Origin: an uncultured Desulfobacter sp.
Lineage (GTDB): Bacteria; Desulfobacterota; Desulfobacteria; Desulfobacterales; Desulfobacteraceae
Direction of reading: 5' to 3'
DNA: 64,000 bases
Assembly (NCBI GenBank): GCA_963665095.1
Contig: OY762069.1
Coordinates: forward strand, 3,200,001-3,264,000
How positions within the stretch are numbered: the stretch's first letter is position 1; each line of letters opens with the position of its first letter. Shown piece by piece: positions 59,316 through 64,000 of this stretch. Under the pieces are notes generated by a model that worked only from the letters and a program-made list of their open reading frames with translations, made no database searches and had not been told where the DNA came from. A program made the position numbers and the translations under genes.

Positions 59316-59859
59316 ATCAGCAATTCGTCCTTATAAAAAAATTCATTTTATTCCAAAAAATCTTTTATCTTTTCAGTGCACTGATTCGGAATATTGCGTA
59401 TAAGGATCAGGAATCGTCTGGATTATAGCCGGTACCGGCCGATAACAAAAATTGAAAAGCGATCCTTTTCAAACAGCGTTCATAAAAAACCGTTTGCGGC
59501 CACAAAGCACAGGGGAGTACCAAGAGGGTATTTTTCAAATCAGATGGGAATTATGAAGATGACATCAGGGGGCTGCACATAACTTTTGAATCAACGTCTG
59601 CCCAGCCAATGAAGCTTTGGCCGATTTATAAAATACCATAATAAGAAACAGCCCATCTGACAAGGAAATTATACAAAAAAATTAATTGGTTATACAACTT
59701 GCCCAAACCGGCTCTTTCCGTCATTGCCCGGATGTTCTTAAAGCCTGCCTTTTTCATCTTTGTACACCATCACGGCAAGACACCTGTCGGATTTCAAACC
59801 CCTTGCAATTCAGAGTGTGATTTTCTAAAACCATGGAAACCATACAAGGATAACGACTT

Positions 59860-60762
59860 ATGGAACACCTTCAGCAACGCCTTGAAACCAGGATCAAAGA
59901 TATCTGCAGAATTTACCCCATTGAAAAGGGTTTTTCCCAGGAAAAAAAGTTTCAAATCCAGACAAACTCCAAGGACCTTCTGCTTCGGATCGCGCCTCTG
60001 GACGCGCTGTCAAGAAAGCAGGAAGAATTTGGCATCATGAAACAGCTTTTTGCCGAAGGGGTCCGCTGCAACTGCCCGGTGGAGATGTTTACGGAAGATG
60101 ACGGGGTATACAGCCTGTTCCACTATCTCCCGGGGGACGATGCCGAGACAGCCATAACAGGGATTCCGGATGACGCCGGTTTTAAAGCAGGCGTTCAGGC
60201 CGGCCGGGATCTTAAAAAAATAAACACCCTGGAACGCCCTGCCCGGAACTGGAAAATCCAAAAGCTGAAAAAACATGACCGCTATGTGGCAAAGTACAGG
60301 CAAATGGGCTGTCATTTTCCCAATGATGACAAGGTCCTTGATTTTATCAGGCAGCACTGGGATCAAATCAACCCGGGCAATGACAGATTCCTGCACGATG
60401 ATTTTCATCTTGGCAACATTGTAATGCTTAGAGGGGTCTACTCAGGGATTTTGGACTTCAACCGGTATGACTGGGGCGACCCTTTACATGAGTTTGTCAA
60501 ACTGGAATGGTTTACCTGGCCGGTGTGTGAGGCCTTTGCCAGGGGACAGATCAAGGGGTATTTCGGGGACAGGGGTATCAGTGATGCAGATTGCCTGACC
60601 CTGTCCGTATACATTGCCATGAGCATTTTTTCGACCATTGTCTGGACACAGATTTACCATCCCCATACTATGCCCTCCATCAGAGCCAAGGTAGATGCCA
60701 TCCTGACCCGCTACAGGTACTTTGACCAGATTAGGCCGAAATGGGGCCGGGCCATCGTCTGA
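59860..60762 (+). CDS. Aminoglycoside phosphotransferase-family kinase
   Basis: KGFS..KK, FLHDDFHLGN and ILDFNR.DWGDP..EF motifs. Confidence 0.88.
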   Translation: MEHLQQRLETRIKDICRIYPIEKGFSQEKKFQIQTNSKDLLLRIAPLDALSRKQEEFGIMKQLFAEGVRCNCPVEMFTEDDGVYSLFHYLPGDDAETAITGIPDDAGFKAGVQAGRDLKKINTLERPARNWKIQKLKKHDRYVAKYRQMGCHFPNDDKVLDFIRQHWDQINPGNDRFLHDDFHLGNIVMLRGVYSGILDFNRYDWGDPLHEFVKLEWFTWPVCEAFARGQIKGYFGDRGISDADCLTLSVYIAMSIFSTIVWTQIYHPHTMPSIRAKVDAILTRYRYFDQIRPKWGRAIV

Positions 60763-60772
60763 TGGCCCGGCC
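60745..60772 (+). terminator. Stem-loop overlapping the phosphotransferase stop
   Basis: GGCCGGGCCATC-GTCT-GATGGCCCGGCC. Confidence 0.45.
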
Positions 60773-61116
60773 TTGAGGGAGAGAGAAGTGTTGTGAAAAA
60801 GAGAAATGGGATCTTCAGTGATGGGTTTTCTCTTTAACAGTGATATGTTTATCATCATAATGTTATCTAAACATGACTTCAAGATTATCAAAATATCATC
60901 TTTTTTGACCTCCCATCCAAATTGACTTTATCATTATCTGTCCATAATGAGCCTGCCGCTACTGATTTTTCATAACCAGTTGAAAGCCGGCATCAAGTCG
61001 CCCAGGGTAAAAACAAACCCGCCCGGGGTAGAATGCAACTCTTAAATCAGGCTATTTCTCTTTTACTGAATTTTGTTTTTCTAACAAAACAATATGGACT
61101 TATAGGAGAAATTTTA

Positions 61117-64000
61117 ATGCCTGCATTTGGAATCGATATTGGGTACTCGGCTGTTAAAACGGCGGTGGTGGATGATAACAACCAGGTGGTCTGGTCCGAT
61201 TATTCCCTGCACCACGGGGATATCCGCCGCGTGGTCAATGATAGGATCATACAGTTGAGGCAGGAAACAGCCTGGGGAGCGTTGGGTATAGGAGCGGTCA
61301 CCGGCAGCGGCCGGGATTTTGTGGCCAACCGGATCGAATCGGTCAATGAAGTGGCGGCCGTTGTTGCGGCAGGCAGGCTGTTTTGTGATCAGGCGGCTTC
61401 CGTGGTGGAGATCGGGGCCCAGACCGCCAAGTATATCACCGGGCTTAGAGAAGAGAACGGGCATGGCATAAAAGTCGCCATGAACGCCAATTGCGCCTCG
61501 GGTACAGGGGCATTCCTGGAAGAACAGGTCTCCCGCCTGGGCCTTGCCATGGAAGACTTCTCCCAATATGTAAAAAGGGCAAAATCCATTCCCAGAATTG
61601 CCGGCCGGTGCGGAGTGTTTGCCAAAACAGATATCACCCACCACCAGCAGGAAGGGACCCCTGTGGCAGATATCCTTTTAGGGCTTGCCTATGCCGTGGT
61701 CCGCAACTTCAGGGTCAGCGTGATGAAAAAACTGGCTCTTGAGACCCCCATCCTTTACACCGGCGGGGTGGCCCATAACCAGGGGATTATCCGGGCCTTC
61801 AGGGATGTGCTTGCACTTGAACAAAAAGATTTCATCATCCCGGACCACTTCAGTGTGGCCGCTGCTGCCGGAGCTGCCATGATTGCTCTGGAACAGGGCC
61901 TTGAAACCACCTTGCTCTGCCCGGAAGAACCAAAACCGGACATTGACACAGACGTTAAACCTGCCACAGGCGCCCCCTTATTCAGCCTGCCGCCCCTGAT
62001 CTCATTTGGCTATAACGACAGCGCCGGCAAGCATGACCTTAAGGTCTCCTTAGACCCTGAAGCCGAATTTTACTTAGGCATTGACGTGGGCTCCACCAGC
62101 ACCAACCTGGTACTCATTGATGCCAAAGGCCAGGTGGCGGATTTCAGGTACCTGCGAACCCGGGGGGAACCCGCCTCGGTTGTCACCCAGGGAATCAATG
62201 ACCTGAAATCAATTCACGGCCAGGACATGAAAATCCTTGGCACAGGTGTTACCGGCTCCGGCCGCTACCTGATCGGCAAAATGGTGGGGGCCCAAACCAT
62301 CAAGGACGAAATCACGGCCCAGGCAAAGGCCGCCGTCACCATTGATCCGGATGTTGACACGGTATTTGAAATCGGGGGCCAGGACTCTAAATTCATATGT
62401 ATCCGGGACGGCCAGGTGGCGGATTTCCAGATGAACAAGGTGTGTGCGGCAGGCACCGGATCATTTATCGAGGAGCAGTCCGTAAAATTTGGTATCCCCA
62501 TTGACGATTTCGGCGACATGGCCCTGACCAGCAACGCTCCCATCGACCTTGGGCAGAGGTGTGCCGTTTTCATGGAGACCACCCTGGCAGGCCACCTGGC
62601 CCGGGGCGCAGAAAAAAAGGACCTGGCTGCAGGTCTTTGCTATTCCATTGTAAAAAATTACCTGAACCGGGTGGTGGGTGCCAAACAAACCGGCAGCCAT
62701 ATCCTGATCCAGGGAGGCTTAGGGCACAACCAGGGCGTGGTGAACGCGTTCAGGGCCGTTTTAGGCAAAAAGATAGAGGTGCCGATATTTTTCAGCGTTA
62801 CCGGAGCCTTAGGCGCAGCACTTTTGGCCAAAGAAGCCGGGGAAAATAAAGAAGAACACCCCACCACCCGGACCCGGGTCAACCTGCCCGGGCACAGTCA
62901 GAACAAAGACACCCAAAACCGTTTCTCAGCCCAGGTCCAGGGTATAGTTTTCGAAGGCTATACAGACACCCTCGCCCCGGACAAAAAAACCGTGGGACTT
63001 CCCCGGGCTCTGTTCACCTTCGGCATGTTCTCCATGTTTCACACCTTCTTCAAAACCCTTGGGTTCAATGTGCTCATGTCCCCGTCCTCCAATGAAGAGA
63101 CCATTGCACTGTCCCAGGCCTGCTCCCTGGATGAGACCTGCTTTCCGGTAAAACTGGTCAACGGCCATATTGCCTGGCTCATCGCCCAAAAAGTGGATTA
63201 TATCTTTTTCCCGGACCTTTATACAGTGCACCATCCCGGCTCCGAATCCCGGCAGAACTTCGGGTGCGCCTATATGCAGCTGGCCTTCAAGCTGATGAAC
63301 CAGGCCATGAACCTTGAAAAGTCCGGCATCACCCTGTTAGCGCCCACCATTGCCTTCAGTTTAGGACCACAGTTTATGAGCGAAAGCTTTACCAGCCTTG
63401 GCAAAACACTTGGCCGGACAAAGGAGCAGACCATGGCGGCTTTAGGGGCATCCATGAAGGCGTTCCAGCAATTTGAAAAAAGGCTGGAACAGCACGGCAA
63501 AGAAGTTCTCAATGCCCTTGCCCCCAAGGAAAAGGCCTTTGTCCTGATCTCCAAAATATACGGGGTGGCAGACCCGGTCTTAAACCTTGGTATCCCGGAC
63601 AGGCTGGCAGACATGGGCTATCAAACCATCAGCTTTTTTGACCTGCCCGAAGGAAATATTTTTAAGGACCATCCCAATATGTACTGGCCCTTTATCCAAC
63701 ATATCCTGGACCCGGCCTACCTGATCAAAGAACATCCCAACCTGTTTGCCATCCTTTTAACCCACCATGGCTGCGGGCCGGATTCGGTCTCATCCCACTT
63801 TTTTGCTGAAATCATGGGGGACAAGCCCTTTCTGGCCATTGAGGTGGATGAACACGCCTCCACTGTGGGGGTGATGACCCGGCTTGAGGCGTTTGTGGAC
63901 CGGATCTCCCACATCCCGGCCCAGCCATCCCATCCCATTGGCGTCTATGAAAAAAAAGTGGCTGTCCCCCCTGTGAACATAACGGCACACCCCAACGATC
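61117..64000 (+). CDS. CoA-substrate-specific enzyme activase (two BadF/BcrA ATPase modules plus DUF2229); partial, absent from the ORF track
   Basis: Manual translation: MPAFGIDIGYSAVK, VTGSG, EIGAQTAK, MNANCASGTGAFLEEQ, GIDVGSTSTN, EIGGQDSK, MNKVCAAGTGSF, ETCFPVK and HHGCGPD; AGGAG RBS; no stop before the window end. Confidence 0.92.
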   Translation, partial: MPAFGIDIGYSAVKTAVVDDNNQVVWSDYSLHHGDIRRVVNDRIIQLRQETAWGALGIGAVTGSGRDFVANRIESVNEVAAVVAAGRLFCDQAASVVEIGAQTAKYITGLREENGHGIKVAMNANCASGTGAFLEEQVSRLGLAMEDFSQYVKRAKSIPRIAGRCGVFAKTDITHHQQEGTPVADILLGLAYAVVRNFRVSVMKKLALETPILYTGGVAHNQGIIRAFRDVLALEQKDFIIPDHFSVAAAAGAAMIALEQGLETTLLCPEEPKPDIDTDVKPATGAPLFSLPPLISFGYNDSAGKHDLKVSLDPEAEFYLGIDVGSTSTNLVLIDAKGQVADFRYLRTRGEPASVVTQGINDLKSIHGQDMKILGTGVTGSGRYLIGKMVGAQTIKDEITAQAKAAVTIDPDVDTVFEIGGQDSKFICIRDGQVADFQMNKVCAAGTGSFIEEQSVKFGIPIDDFGDMALTSNAPIDLGQRCAVFMETTLAGHLARGAEKKDLAAGLCYSIVKNYLNRVVGAKQTGSHILIQGGLGHNQGVVNAFRAVLGKKIEVPIFFSVTGALGAALLAKEAGENKEEHPTTRTRVNLPGHSQNKDTQNRFSAQVQGIVFEGYTDTLAPDKKTVGLPRALFTFGMFSMFHTFFKTLGFNVLMSPSSNEETIALSQACSLDETCFPVKLVNGHIAWLIAQKVDYIFFPDLYTVHHPGSESRQNFGCAYMQLAFKLMNQAMNLEKSGITLLAPTIAFSLGPQFMSESFTSLGKTLGRTKEQTMAALGASMKAFQQFEKRLEQHGKEVLNALAPKEKAFVLISKIYGVADPVLNLGIPDRLADMGYQTISFFDLPEGNIFKDHPNMYWPFIQHILDPAYLIKEHPNLFAILLTHHGCGPDSVSSHFFAEIMGDKPFLAIEVDEHASTVGVMTRLEAFVDRISHIPAQPSHPIGVYEKKVAVPPVNITAHPND

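Noticed and set aside
59400..59860. Short ORFs between the diguanylate cyclase and the phosphotransferase
   Set aside because: No RBS or motif support; probably intergenic or a decayed remnant.
60921..60950. Fur box or sigma70 promoter upstream of the CoA-activase (reverse strand GATAATGATAAAGTCAAT; TTGACT...CATAAT)
   Set aside because: Only about half of the Fur consensus matches and the -35/-10 spacer is 15 nt; too weak in AT-rich DNA.

Overview
This is a chromosomal segment of roughly 50% GC. Gene content suggests a sulfate-reducing Desulfobacteraceae-like bacterium (inference). From 1 to 20 kb it is mostly housekeeping and signalling: pgk, gyrA-radC, a thiolase, an Hdr/FadF-like Fe-S oxidoreductase, a hybrid kinase with its response regulator, rarA and der. 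From about 20 to 31 kb is a plastic region. It holds a two-gene cassette flanked by a degenerate duplication of a DUF350 gene end, long hairpins and REP-like repeats, two toxin-antitoxin pairs and a MITE. The strongest signal is an apparent broken or orphan diversity-generating retroelement (DGR) at 24.4-26.9 kb. It consists of a secreted caspase-PEGA-CLec(FGE) target gene with an A-depleted, NNC-codon variable region, a GGA-loop hairpin just downstream, and a truncated HRDC-type accessory gene. I could not find a template repeat or reverse transcriptase in the window. From 31 to 44 kb are a FecR-TPR-TonB receptor next to a CHASE2 cyclase, SelO, a 688-aa orphan, an IS1380 relic and a frameshifted MshEN-FapA gene. 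From 44 to 57 kb is an AraC/MFS/TonB-receptor/methyltransferase island with a recurring 21-bp-spaced upstream motif. The window ends with a diguanylate cyclase, a phosphotransferase and a CoA-activase that runs off the edge. All calls come from reading motifs by eye; no database searches were run.
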